A stretch of DNA of 64,000 nucleotides from a bacterium (GTDB lineage: Bacteria; Verrucomicrobiota; Kiritimatiellia; CAIKKV01; CAITUY01): NCBI GenBank assembly GCA_037143175.1, contig JBAWZF010000009.1, positions 1,959 to 65,958 of the forward strand, read 5' to 3'. A program made the position numbers and the translations under genes. Positions 46,201 through 53,085 of the stretch are shown here, piece after piece. Within the stretch, counting starts at the first letter, position 1; each line of letters opens with the position of its first letter. The notes below the pieces were generated by a model, which was not told where the DNA came from, did no database searches, and saw nothing but the letters and a program-made list of their open reading frames with translations.

Positions 46201-49003
46201 TGACTCGTGCCACCATGATGGAATTCATGAACGTCCAGACGCCCATGGAGCCTTCGCTGAGTGGCTCAGGATCGGTGGCGCTGAAGATCAGTTCGTTGTC
46301 GAAATAAAACTCAAGTTTCTTGCCGGTGCGACGGAACTTAATATAGTACCAGGCCCCATGAACATCGCGATTAGTACCTATCAGCGGGAGATGCACCTTG
46401 CGTTTGCCACCCTCCCTGACACGCGGGGCACAGTAAGCGTCGGACTGGGTCAACATTTCACCGTTACGATAAAGCTTGGTGTAGAGACGTGACAGGTCAT
46501 AATCCCAGCCGGAACAGGTAACGGTGTACCCTTGGCTCGGGGTTGTATCGCGATTCATGACCGTCAGGTTAAAATCCCCGGGGGTGCTCTCGTAGGCGTG
46601 GCGGGTGCCAGCGTACATTTCCACGCAGAAGTCACCACGGAACCGGTATTTGCTCCAGATTGCTGCCAGGGTATTGGAGGATTCTCCGTTCATGTGCGAC
46701 CAGCGCGGATCGCAGTTGAACCGGTTGATGATCTCCCAGCGGCCGCCGTTGCGAGTCCATTCGTGGAGTGACTCCTTAAAGAGGAAATCCTTTACGTTGT
46801 ACCGTTCCACCAGACTGGAGGCCAACTTTGCCGTGGAAAAGCCTTTGATCATAATGTGGCGCCCTTGTAATGGCGCGGGCAAGGAGTGTTCAAAGAGCAA
46901 CTCTTTTCCACTCGTCAGCCAGATCCATAGTCCCTCTGCGTGAATGGTGTAGCCAACGACATTATTGGTCGCCAAACCAACGAAGCCTGTGATGCGATTG
47001 GTGGGGATGGCGGCGACAGGGGCTATCGATGTCGTCAGTTCTGAGCCTTGTTTTATCGAAAGGATCTGATTCGTGACGGTAACCACCCATTCGCCGGTCG
47101 TGGCACCGTCCGCCACGCCTAAATGAACCGTGGAATTGTCGACCAGCGGCATATGCACTGACACGCGTCCGAAGACGTCGCCTTTATACCAGACGGTGCC
47201 ATTGGTCACATCGTTCCACTGGCCTTCGGGGGATGACCAGTGGCGCATGAAATTATCAGTAACGAAGATGGTGTTCTTTTCAAACTGATCCGTGTAAAGA
47301 TCGGACCGCTCGAAATTATACTCAGGATGGGCAATTTGCACTTTGTTGTCCGGCCCGACATAGAGCCCTGAGGCTCCTCCGACGGGTGTTGGAGTGTGAT
47401 GCACAAGAACCAGTTCCTTGTTCCGATAACACCGAAGTTCGTTTCCTGATGTGGCATCACACATGAGGTTGATGGTTTCAGGCGTATCCGCCGTCAAGGG
47501 GAACCGTGGCAGACTCAACTCCTTTAGAGTGGTGGCGTTGGTGGGGCTGACGGTTTCGAGTCGAAACGTCTCGACGGCGGCGGTGCGGCGGCAGGTAAAG
47601 CGCAGGTAAGGGTGATTACTGCTGACATAACCGGCAATGAGGCCGATGTTACAGGAAGCATCGAGAGATGTGAACTCTGTGGAGAAAACATGCGCTCCAT
47701 GAGAAGTGGCCCCGACAATCAACCATTGCGGAGCACTGGACCGGGGAGGTGAGAGAAAAGGGGTCGCCCGAGGCGCAAAGAGGCTGAAGAATCCGCGGCG
47801 GGGAAAGAATTGCCCGTTTTCGGCCACCGTGTGGCGATGGATGTCATTCAACCCGAGAAAGTCCAGATCGTGATTCGAGTGAGCGGTAACGTCGTCGAAA
47901 AGCAGCGGGACGTCCGAATCGGCGAACAGCCCGAAGCGCCCGCCCACCGGCAGTTCTGCGGGAATGTCTATGATCTTGGTTTTGTCGACAAAGCACTGTA
48001 TCCGATTCTGGAAGGTGCGAACCTTAAGCCTGACCCATTGCCCGTTCATGATTTCGGTGGTGGCAGCCGCCAGTTCGGTGCGTGAGGTGGCGTTGGAAAA
48101 ATCAGTGTTCCAGAGGCTCAAACGGACGGTATCGGAATCATCGCCTGGTTGAACGGTGAAGGCATGGTATCCCCCCGAGTCGGTGCAGTCGAACACCAGC
48201 CCTCCCTCGCCATAACCGATTTGCAAGGCTCCTTCAATTGTATAGGAGTCGTAGAAGTCATAGCCGGTTATCAGAACGGCATTGGTGCCGGAGCCCTGCA
48301 ACGAGTAGAAGTTGGGGCTCATGGAGGCGGTGGGCTTGCGTTTGGCTTTTTCGTTGGTTTTTTCGTTGGCTCTGGCATTAGACCTATCCTTGATTCTGCG
48401 AGGTTGGCCTGGAGTAAAGTCGTCCACCACGGAATGCAGGTCCCATATGCCAGATTGCACTTCCCATGCGGCCAGTTCATTTTCGTCGCCTTCGGACACT
48501 AGAAAATCATCGTGGAAAACGAAGTCGTCTGTCTTTTGGAAGCGGGGTTCCATCTTTAGTGTGGTGGGCAGAGTATCGGACGATTGGTAAACGATGGCGG
48601 GAGGGTGGAATGGTGCGGGCAACACGATGATCGGTCGGTCCCCGATGTAGATGCTCCAGGTTTCCTGCCTGAACTTGATTGTCACTTGGATGGACTCCCT
48701 GTTGCCGGTGGGAAATGTATCCAAATTGAACTGCGATACATCAATGGGAACCTGGGGATAACAATCTTTGGGTTCAAACTGAATAAAAGGCTTTTTGGGG
48801 TTCAGATTCAGGATTACAGAGTTAATGGAATTCGTGGGGGTCAGTCGGAGACGCAGTCCGTTGTCAGCATTCCAGCGGGCGGTTAGTGTCAGATTGCCAG
48901 AGGGATACATGACGCGGGCGCGTTCGTTCCATTCTTGTCGTTCTGCAGAACAGGACAGTAGATAAGCAAACAAAAACAGTGATATTAGTGCGAGTCTCTT
49001 CAT
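43274..49003 (-). CDS. Giant secreted (possibly lipoprotein) multi-domain protein with LamG/DUF1080-like jelly-rolls and Ig-like modules
   Basis: 1909-aa uninterrupted ORF. Signal peptide MKRLALISLFLFAYLLSCSA. Jelly-roll-like segments at about aa 165-375 and 735-937 (W..G.W...; NGQWVRLKVRTFQNRIQCFVD; GAWYYIKFRRTGKKLEFYFDNELIF). Ig-like segments begin D-x-TPP and end D-x-AGN. Its stop overlaps the next start (TAATG). Confidence 0.85.
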   Translation of the reverse strand: MKRLALISLFLFAYLLSCSAERQEWNERARVMYPSGNLTLTARWNADNGLRLRLTPTNSINSVILNLNPKKPFIQFEPKDCYPQVPIDVSQFNLDTFPTGNRESIQVTIKFRQETWSIYIGDRPIIVLPAPFHPPAIVYQSSDTLPTTLKMEPRFQKTDDFVFHDDFLVSEGDENELAAWEVQSGIWDLHSVVDDFTPGQPRRIKDRSNARANEKTNEKAKRKPTASMSPNFYSLQGSGTNAVLITGYDFYDSYTIEGALQIGYGEGGLVFDCTDSGGYHAFTVQPGDDSDTVRLSLWNTDFSNATSRTELAAATTEIMNGQWVRLKVRTFQNRIQCFVDKTKIIDIPAELPVGGRFGLFADSDVPLLFDDVTAHSNHDLDFLGLNDIHRHTVAENGQFFPRRGFFSLFAPRATPFLSPPRSSAPQWLIVGATSHGAHVFSTEFTSLDASCNIGLIAGYVSSNHPYLRFTCRRTAAVETFRLETVSPTNATTLKELSLPRFPLTADTPETINLMCDATSGNELRCYRNKELVLVHHTPTPVGGASGLYVGPDNKVQIAHPEYNFERSDLYTDQFEKNTIFVTDNFMRHWSSPEGQWNDVTNGTVWYKGDVFGRVSVHMPLVDNSTVHLGVADGATTGEWVVTVTNQILSIKQGSELTTSIAPVAAIPTNRITGFVGLATNNVVGYTIHAEGLWIWLTSGKELLFEHSLPAPLQGRHIMIKGFSTAKLASSLVERYNVKDFLFKESLHEWTRNGGRWEIINRFNCDPRWSHMNGESSNTLAAIWSKYRFRGDFCVEMYAGTRHAYESTPGDFNLTVMNRDTTPSQGYTVTCSGWDYDLSRLYTKLYRNGEMLTQSDAYCAPRVREGGKRKVHLPLIGTNRDVHGAWYYIKFRRTGKKLEFYFDNELIFSATDPEPLSEGSMGVWTFMNSIMVARVKIAAESVTPRPVTFKPVALRSILTPAGPTPATTNHPSTPLASNSDRTTGPMDRDSWEVDDPVSQARLDWMTPTNSSPYFAVTSILGSGSLLTRCTLPPVPYSSLAGWRFDVKRTDRGQFNLYYSIGRRNTQGTYTPERFYFHQLSGESFSKGKYQLTGQTAVPGSAPINGITAWHTNGNWTTATAWIPVADWAASINDSNVLVKIEGLGNLQAGYIVQGLTGNGPGEGYAIKNFASIPHHAATTQPLSCAWSKQQPDTIEFRSTSGSPDRALAGATVTIASTSAYTRFLPPNTLEASVPRVSDAATGPVSNLIVKVVHGTNTCVFALKWADATQRTPPMLLKLDGISPLIESFESRKVCGRQPSQRTLISDCDPVQQSFLTTYNQGTAQRLSSYFEAPLPFARYPVVQFRYRGTSMARVSLDCGSVGPVRLSEPDGPARGVRGAGNLILDNQWHTWWGLVTDALIEKPCQPGVFNASGLRFGSVNSVDQTGLYTELSLDDLMAGPSVAKDEQLAFTPHYFDFEGVTKVQMALRNGPEDYPSLNSAQCADLIWRDIPNNQQTMPDIKSLRNGLAHIFLKAANYRDAVSPVTSIPFLIDRTPPSATGTFEPATNAMGNGSSLCVKFKTDGEAPLDMEALKLKWNDTIVPITHTLGSTLSHSTNYDILALNWSLIFRQQLNQADSGQAFKIILSEIKDGAGNVLPDLEFPRRINYAADHTPPTVLSASYPSNIFWTTVSARMAETNPPFTSLAGGTTTLECQLGEAPYLSLVSGTSTGAMTHVFSPKWNVQRYPFLAFQLRHPVLISNENPRVAIILETETTNTFKFSLSEIPADAILQAPPRPLTWASNAWQSFIIDAGKLLKNQLPAGSTNQFVVKNLTFISDGNDKRFRQQLQSVFVFAPWSPTDLIEMDAYDESGIAGIQWENTLQTNGMSLTPYSLPASVKETGWLTLRVRDKAGNLSMPLHVVIFGREQENK

Positions 49004-49195
49004 GAACTGAATTGATCACCCAAGTAAGGTTTATTAATTTAAACTAATCATATAACGGGGTCAAGGATGCGTGTCACCCAAAACTACGGGAGATTTCATA
49101 AAAGCCAATCCCAAACACCAGAAAGATCATGTTTAGCTTGTAGTCACATAACTAGGAGCGTATCTTTATAGTAGATACACGAGGAGATGAATAGC
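49004..49195. promoter_or_regulatory. Non-coding region upstream of the giant gene (putative operon promoter)
   Basis: 192-nt AT-rich gap (TTATTAATTTAAACTAATCATATAAC...). It is the only sizeable non-coding sequence upstream of the 18-gene minus-strand operon. No boxes assigned. Confidence 0.3.
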
Positions 49196-49340
49196 ATGAT
49201 CACAAAAGTCCAATTGCCCGAAACGTGGCGATATCGTCTGGCTTTCGTTCACTCCGCAGGCTGGTCATGAGCAGGCGGGCCACCGTCCCGCATTGGTGCT
49301 TTCCCCAGAGTCCTATAATCGCAAGGTTGGCCTTGCCTTG
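49196..49340 (+). pseudogene. MazF/PemK-family toxin remnant (frameshifted and 3'-truncated)
   Basis: ATG at 49196 gives MITKVQLPETW. After a +1 shift, the frame starting at 49227 reads GDIVWLSFTPQAGHEQAGHRPALVLSPESYNRKVGLAL. This matches the conserved MazF N-terminal core (GD.....F.P..G.EQ.G.RPA.VLSP..YN...G). Similarity ends at about 49340, with no PITS-type continuation. Confidence 0.55.
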
Positions 49341-49499
49341 CGGCGGAGGCCCCCTCCAACATTACCGTATACTGAAAGTGGAAGAACATTTATGAGTCCG
49401 GTCATGGAACCAAAAGATCAATCTCTAACCCGCAAACCTGACCACATTCCCTCGGCTTCCGCTGTCTCTGCGCCCGGAGGGGCAGGGAAGGGGGGAGCC

Positions 49500-50465
49500 A
49501 TGATGACAGACGACCCCTGTGTGTCGCAGTATGCCGCGCATTTGGAACATGAACGGAATGCCTCACGCCATACCATTGTTAATTATATCATGGATATCGC
49601 CCAGTTTGTCCAGTTCGCCTGGACGGGTGATGCACTACCCCCCTATGCCTGGGGGACCGTGGATCGGTTTAAAGCGCGTGCCTTTCTGGTCGATTTTCAG
49701 AAGCGGGGGAGTGAAGCCACCACCACGTCCCGAAAATTATCCAGTTTGCGAGCGTTCTATAAATTTATGGAGCGCGAGTCGATGGTGGCGTTGAATCCGT
49801 TCGCCGGGTTGAAGGCCCCTAAGCGTGCCAAAAAGCTTCCGAATTTCCTGTCACGTGATGAGATCAACCGACTGCTGGAAATGCCCATGAAGTTGTGGGG
49901 GGATGTCAAAAAGCCCACGCAGGTCCGGGAGCGAAAGCTTGTGGAATATTGCGCCTTGCGCGATCAGGCTCTTCTCGAAGTCCTGTATAGCACCGGCGGG
50001 CGTATTACTGAAATTGTGAGTCTGCTGGAGCCGCAGGTGGACTCGTTGAGCGGGGTCGTGCAGGTGCGGGGAAAAGGCAAAAAGGAACGACTGTGCGCCC
50101 TGGGGCGGCCGGCGGCCAAGGCTCTGCGTGTTTCGCTGGCGCTTCGCAATGAACTTTGGCCGGAGATCGAACGGCGGCGCCCGAACGACCGTCCGCTCTT
50201 TCTGAATGTGCATGGGGGCAAGCTGACAAGCCGGTCTGTTGAGCGGTTGTTGAAGAAATACCTGCTTGGCGCCAACCTGAATCCCGATATTTCACCCCAT
50301 TCGTTACGCCATTCCTTTGCAACCCACATGTTGGATGCTGGAGCCGATTTGCGCAGTGTGCAGGAACTCCTGGGCCATGCTAGCCTTTCGACCACCCAGA
50401 TCTATACGCATGTAACGGTGGAAAAATTGAAGAAAGTATACGATGATGCGCATCCACGAGCGTAG
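49500..50465 (+). CDS. Tyrosine recombinase, XerC/XerD family
   Basis: N-terminal SAM-like domain ([19 protein letters not shown]). Catalytic region GGRITEI..., [28 protein letters not shown]. Start uncertain (ATG at 49500 with a G-rich RBS, or at 49392). The ORF-track N-terminus (49293-) is the MazF remnant read through. Confidence 0.85.
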   Translation: MMTDDPCVSQYAAHLEHERNASRHTIVNYIMDIAQFVQFAWTGDALPPYAWGTVDRFKARAFLVDFQKRGSEATTTSRKLSSLRAFYKFMERESMVALNPFAGLKAPKRAKKLPNFLSRDEINRLLEMPMKLWGDVKKPTQVRERKLVEYCALRDQALLEVLYSTGGRITEIVSLLEPQVDSLSGVVQVRGKGKKERLCALGRPAAKALRVSLALRNELWPEIERRRPNDRPLFLNVHGGKLTSRSVERLLKKYLLGANLNPDISPHSLRHSFATHMLDAGADLRSVQELLGHASLSTTQIYTHVTVEKLKKVYDDAHPRA

Positions 50466-50473
50466 ATGACAGG

Positions 50474-50561
50474 GGGCAGTAAGCAGTGGGCAGTAAGCAG
50501 TGGGCAGTAAGCAGTGGGCAGTAAGCAGTGGGCAGTGAGCAGTGGGAAGAGGAGTAAGCAG
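50474..50561. repeat. Heptanucleotide tandem array (GGGCAGT/AAGCAGT alternating, i.e. 14-nt unit x5, then degenerate copies)
   Basis: Ten consecutive xxGCAGT heptads at 50474-50543, followed by degenerate GGGAAGA GGAGTAA GCAG. Lies between the xer stop (50465) and the waaA start (50579). Confidence 0.9.
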
Positions 50562-50578
50562 GGTTTTGGTGAAATATT

Positions 50579-51892
50579 ATGATTTGGCTGATTTACAATT
50601 TATTGTTTCCAGTTTTGTTTCTGGCGATGTTGCCCTATTTTCTGTTCAGGATGTGTCGTCGGGGTGGTTACGCTAAAGGATTCATGCAACGGTTGGGGAT
50701 CTATGACGTCGGGCTGAAGGCTCGCATCCGTGAACGACCCCGAGTCTGGGTGCACGCTGTGAGTGTGGGGGAAACCTATGTGGCGCTCCGGTTTATGGAG
50801 GAATGGCGGCAGGTTCAACCTGACATTGCGTTTGTAATGACCGTCAATACTTCCACGGCGCACACCCTGGCGTCAAAGGCTTTAAACAAAGTGGATGTCC
50901 TGGTGTATTTTCCGGTTGATTTTCACTGGGTCATTCGGCGTGTGCTATGCCTGCTTAACCCGAAAATGCTGGTACTGACGGAATGTGAGTTCTGGCCGAA
51001 CCTGATCCGGATGAGTAAGGCACGGGGCATTCCTGTGTTATTGATCAATGGTCGCATGTCCGACAGGTCCTTTAAAGGTTATCACCGACTCCGCTGGCTC
51101 TTTACCCCCTTACTGAGAATGGTGGATCATCTTTGTGTTCAAGGTCCGCAAGACCGGGACCGATACCTGGCGCTTGGAGCCGCCCCGGAACATGTGCAGG
51201 AGACGGGTAGTGCCAAGTATGATGTGGCACTCAAGGAGCCCGGAGACCTGGCGACGGCTTCAGCGATTCTCGCCTCCGGACGAATGGGCCCGGGTGATTT
51301 GATTTTACTGGGCGGCTCCACCTGGCCGGGTGAAGAGGATGTCCTGTTGGAATATTTCGTGCAGGCGAAATCGTTACATGCCGGCTTGAAACTGGTATTG
51401 GTTCCGCGCCATGCCGAGCGACGTGAAGAGGTGGTGGCGATGATCGCACAGCGGGGTCTCAAGTTCGTCCAGCGGAGTAAGGCCGACGCGGCCATTGACG
51501 GTGAGTCACCTGAGGTGTTACTGGTCGATACCACGGGTGAATTGAAGCATTTGTATACGGCGGCGACGGTGATTTTTATCGGGAAGAGCTTGACCCAGCA
51601 TGGGGGCCAGAACATCATTGAACCTGCGGTGTGCGGAAGACCCGTGGTGGTCGGACCGAATATGGAAAACTTTGCGGACATTGTCCGTGAGTTTAAGGCG
51701 GCGGATGCCTTGATTCAGGTTGGGTCCGAGGCAGAGTTGCGAGAGATACTGGATCAGCTGCTTGCCGATGAAACGATGCGAAAGACTTATGGAGATCGTG
51801 CGTCCGCGTGGGTTGAGCAAAAGCGGGGCAGTATTAAAACAACTGTGGCGCGGGCTCAGGGGCTATTGTTAAATACAAAAAAACATGGATGA
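50579..51892 (+). CDS. waaA: 3-deoxy-D-manno-octulosonic acid (Kdo) transferase
   Basis: 437-aa ORF. N-terminal membrane anchor; WVHAVSVGE motif; GGSTWPGEE; GGQNIIEPA. Confidence 0.85.
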   Translation: MIWLIYNLLFPVLFLAMLPYFLFRMCRRGGYAKGFMQRLGIYDVGLKARIRERPRVWVHAVSVGETYVALRFMEEWRQVQPDIAFVMTVNTSTAHTLASKALNKVDVLVYFPVDFHWVIRRVLCLLNPKMLVLTECEFWPNLIRMSKARGIPVLLINGRMSDRSFKGYHRLRWLFTPLLRMVDHLCVQGPQDRDRYLALGAAPEHVQETGSAKYDVALKEPGDLATASAILASGRMGPGDLILLGGSTWPGEEDVLLEYFVQAKSLHAGLKLVLVPRHAERREEVVAMIAQRGLKFVQRSKADAAIDGESPEVLLVDTTGELKHLYTAATVIFIGKSLTQHGGQNIIEPAVCGRPVVVGPNMENFADIVREFKAADALIQVGSEAELREILDQLLADETMRKTYGDRASAWVEQKRGSIKTTVARAQGLLLNTKKHG

Positions 51893-51916
51893 GTAACAAG
51901 TAAGGATATTCTATAA

Positions 51917-53017
51917 ATGAGTTCAAAATATATTGTCGGTTTTGGAGAAGTGATGCTCAGGCTTTGCCCCCGGGAATTCATGCGTTTGAAACAGGTATTG
52001 CCTGGAGCGCTGGAGGCCACATTCGGAGGGGGCGAGGCGAATGTCTGTGCCTCTCTTGCGATTTTTGGTGAAAAGTCCAGATATGCGACTGCCCTGCCGG
52101 ACAACCCGGTTTCGGAATCGTTTGCCGCGCAGATGAAATCGCTCGGTGTCGGCGTGGATAAAATTTACTACAAGAAGTCAGGAAGAATGGGTATCTATTT
52201 TGTGGAGACCGGTGCCAACCAAAGAGCCTCAAATGTGGTGTATGACCGCGAGGGTTCCGTCATTTCGCAGACCGGCCCTGAGGAATATGATTACGAGGGA
52301 ATTCTTAGAGATGCCAAATGGCTTCATTTGAGCGGAATTACGCCCGCCTTGAGTGAAAAAGCGTATCTTGCCACGCTTGAATTTGCGGCTCAGGCGGTGA
52401 AACGTGGAGTCCCGGTTTCGGTGGATATTAATTTCCGGAAAAAATTATGGAATTGGGGTAAAGGGTCTACGTCCAAGGAATTGGCGGGAAAATGCATGAG
52501 CGAAATAACAGCTCTTGCCACCCTGATCATTGGTAACGAGGAAGATGCGGCCGATGTTTTCGGGATCCACTCAAGTAAAAGTAGTGCCGAAAAAGGCGTG
52601 ATTGATTACTCGGACTACAAGGAGGTGGCCATCAAACTCGCGTCAAAATTTCCCAAGGCGAAATATATTGCCATTACGCTGCGTGAAAGCCTGTCTGCAA
52701 CTCATAATAAATGGGGGGCGATGCTATTCGATGCGGATTCCGGCAAAGCCAGCTATGGACCGCTTAACGAGAACGGTGACTATTCGCCCTATGATATTGC
52801 CAACATTGTGGACAGGGTCGGGGGCGGGGATTCTTTTGCCGCCGGTCTGATTTATGGGCTCAATAATCCTGACCTGTGCGTCCCGGAGAAAGCCCTGGCG
52901 TTTGCGGCTGCCGCAAGCTGTCTCAAGCATTCGATTAAGGGCGATTTCAATTATGTGACGAAAGAAGAGGTTCTTGCACTCATGAAGGGCAATGCCTCCG
53001 GCCGTGTCAATAGGTAA
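51917..53017 (+). CDS. PfkB-family sugar kinase (2-dehydro-3-deoxygluconokinase-like)
   Basis: FGGGEANV N-terminal motif; C-terminal DRVGGGDSFAAGLIYG ATP/anion-hole motif. Confidence 0.8.
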   Translation: MSSKYIVGFGEVMLRLCPREFMRLKQVLPGALEATFGGGEANVCASLAIFGEKSRYATALPDNPVSESFAAQMKSLGVGVDKIYYKKSGRMGIYFVETGANQRASNVVYDREGSVISQTGPEEYDYEGILRDAKWLHLSGITPALSEKAYLATLEFAAQAVKRGVPVSVDINFRKKLWNWGKGSTSKELAGKCMSEITALATLIIGNEEDAADVFGIHSSKSSAEKGVIDYSDYKEVAIKLASKFPKAKYIAITLRESLSATHNKWGAMLFDADSGKASYGPLNENGDYSPYDIANIVDRVGGGDSFAAGLIYGLNNPDLCVPEKALAFAAAASCLKHSIKGDFNYVTKEEVLALMKGNASGRVNR

Positions 53018-53085
53018 CGAACACTATGAACAATAAAGAGCTCAGCCTGGTCTCAATTCCAGGATGTATGACTCCTAAGTGATTC

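Noticed and set aside
43274-49003. PEP-CTERM or other sorting signal on the giant protein, and an exosortase gene in the locus
   Set aside because: The C-terminus (...HVVIFGREQENK) has no PEP motif or TM/Arg tail, and no exosortase-like polytopic protein is present. The resemblance to exosortase loci is limited to the hydrolase/ACP cassette.
49293-49499. N-terminal ~70 aa of the 390-aa 'Xer' ORF in the track
   Set aside because: The first part is the MazF remnant read through, and the rest is low-complexity sequence. Recombinase homology starts near the ATG at 49500 (or possibly 49392).
50474-50561. Possible CRISPR array
   Set aside because: The repeats are 7/14 nt and directly abutting, with no spacers, and there are no cas genes. 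It is a simple tandem repeat.
49196-50578. Xer recombinase, TA remnant and tandem repeat as the boundary of an integrated mobile element
   Set aside because: No flanking direct repeats, tRNA target or cargo typical of islands is visible. The recombinase looks like a housekeeping XerC/D type, and the flanking genes (waaA, glycan operon) are core-like.
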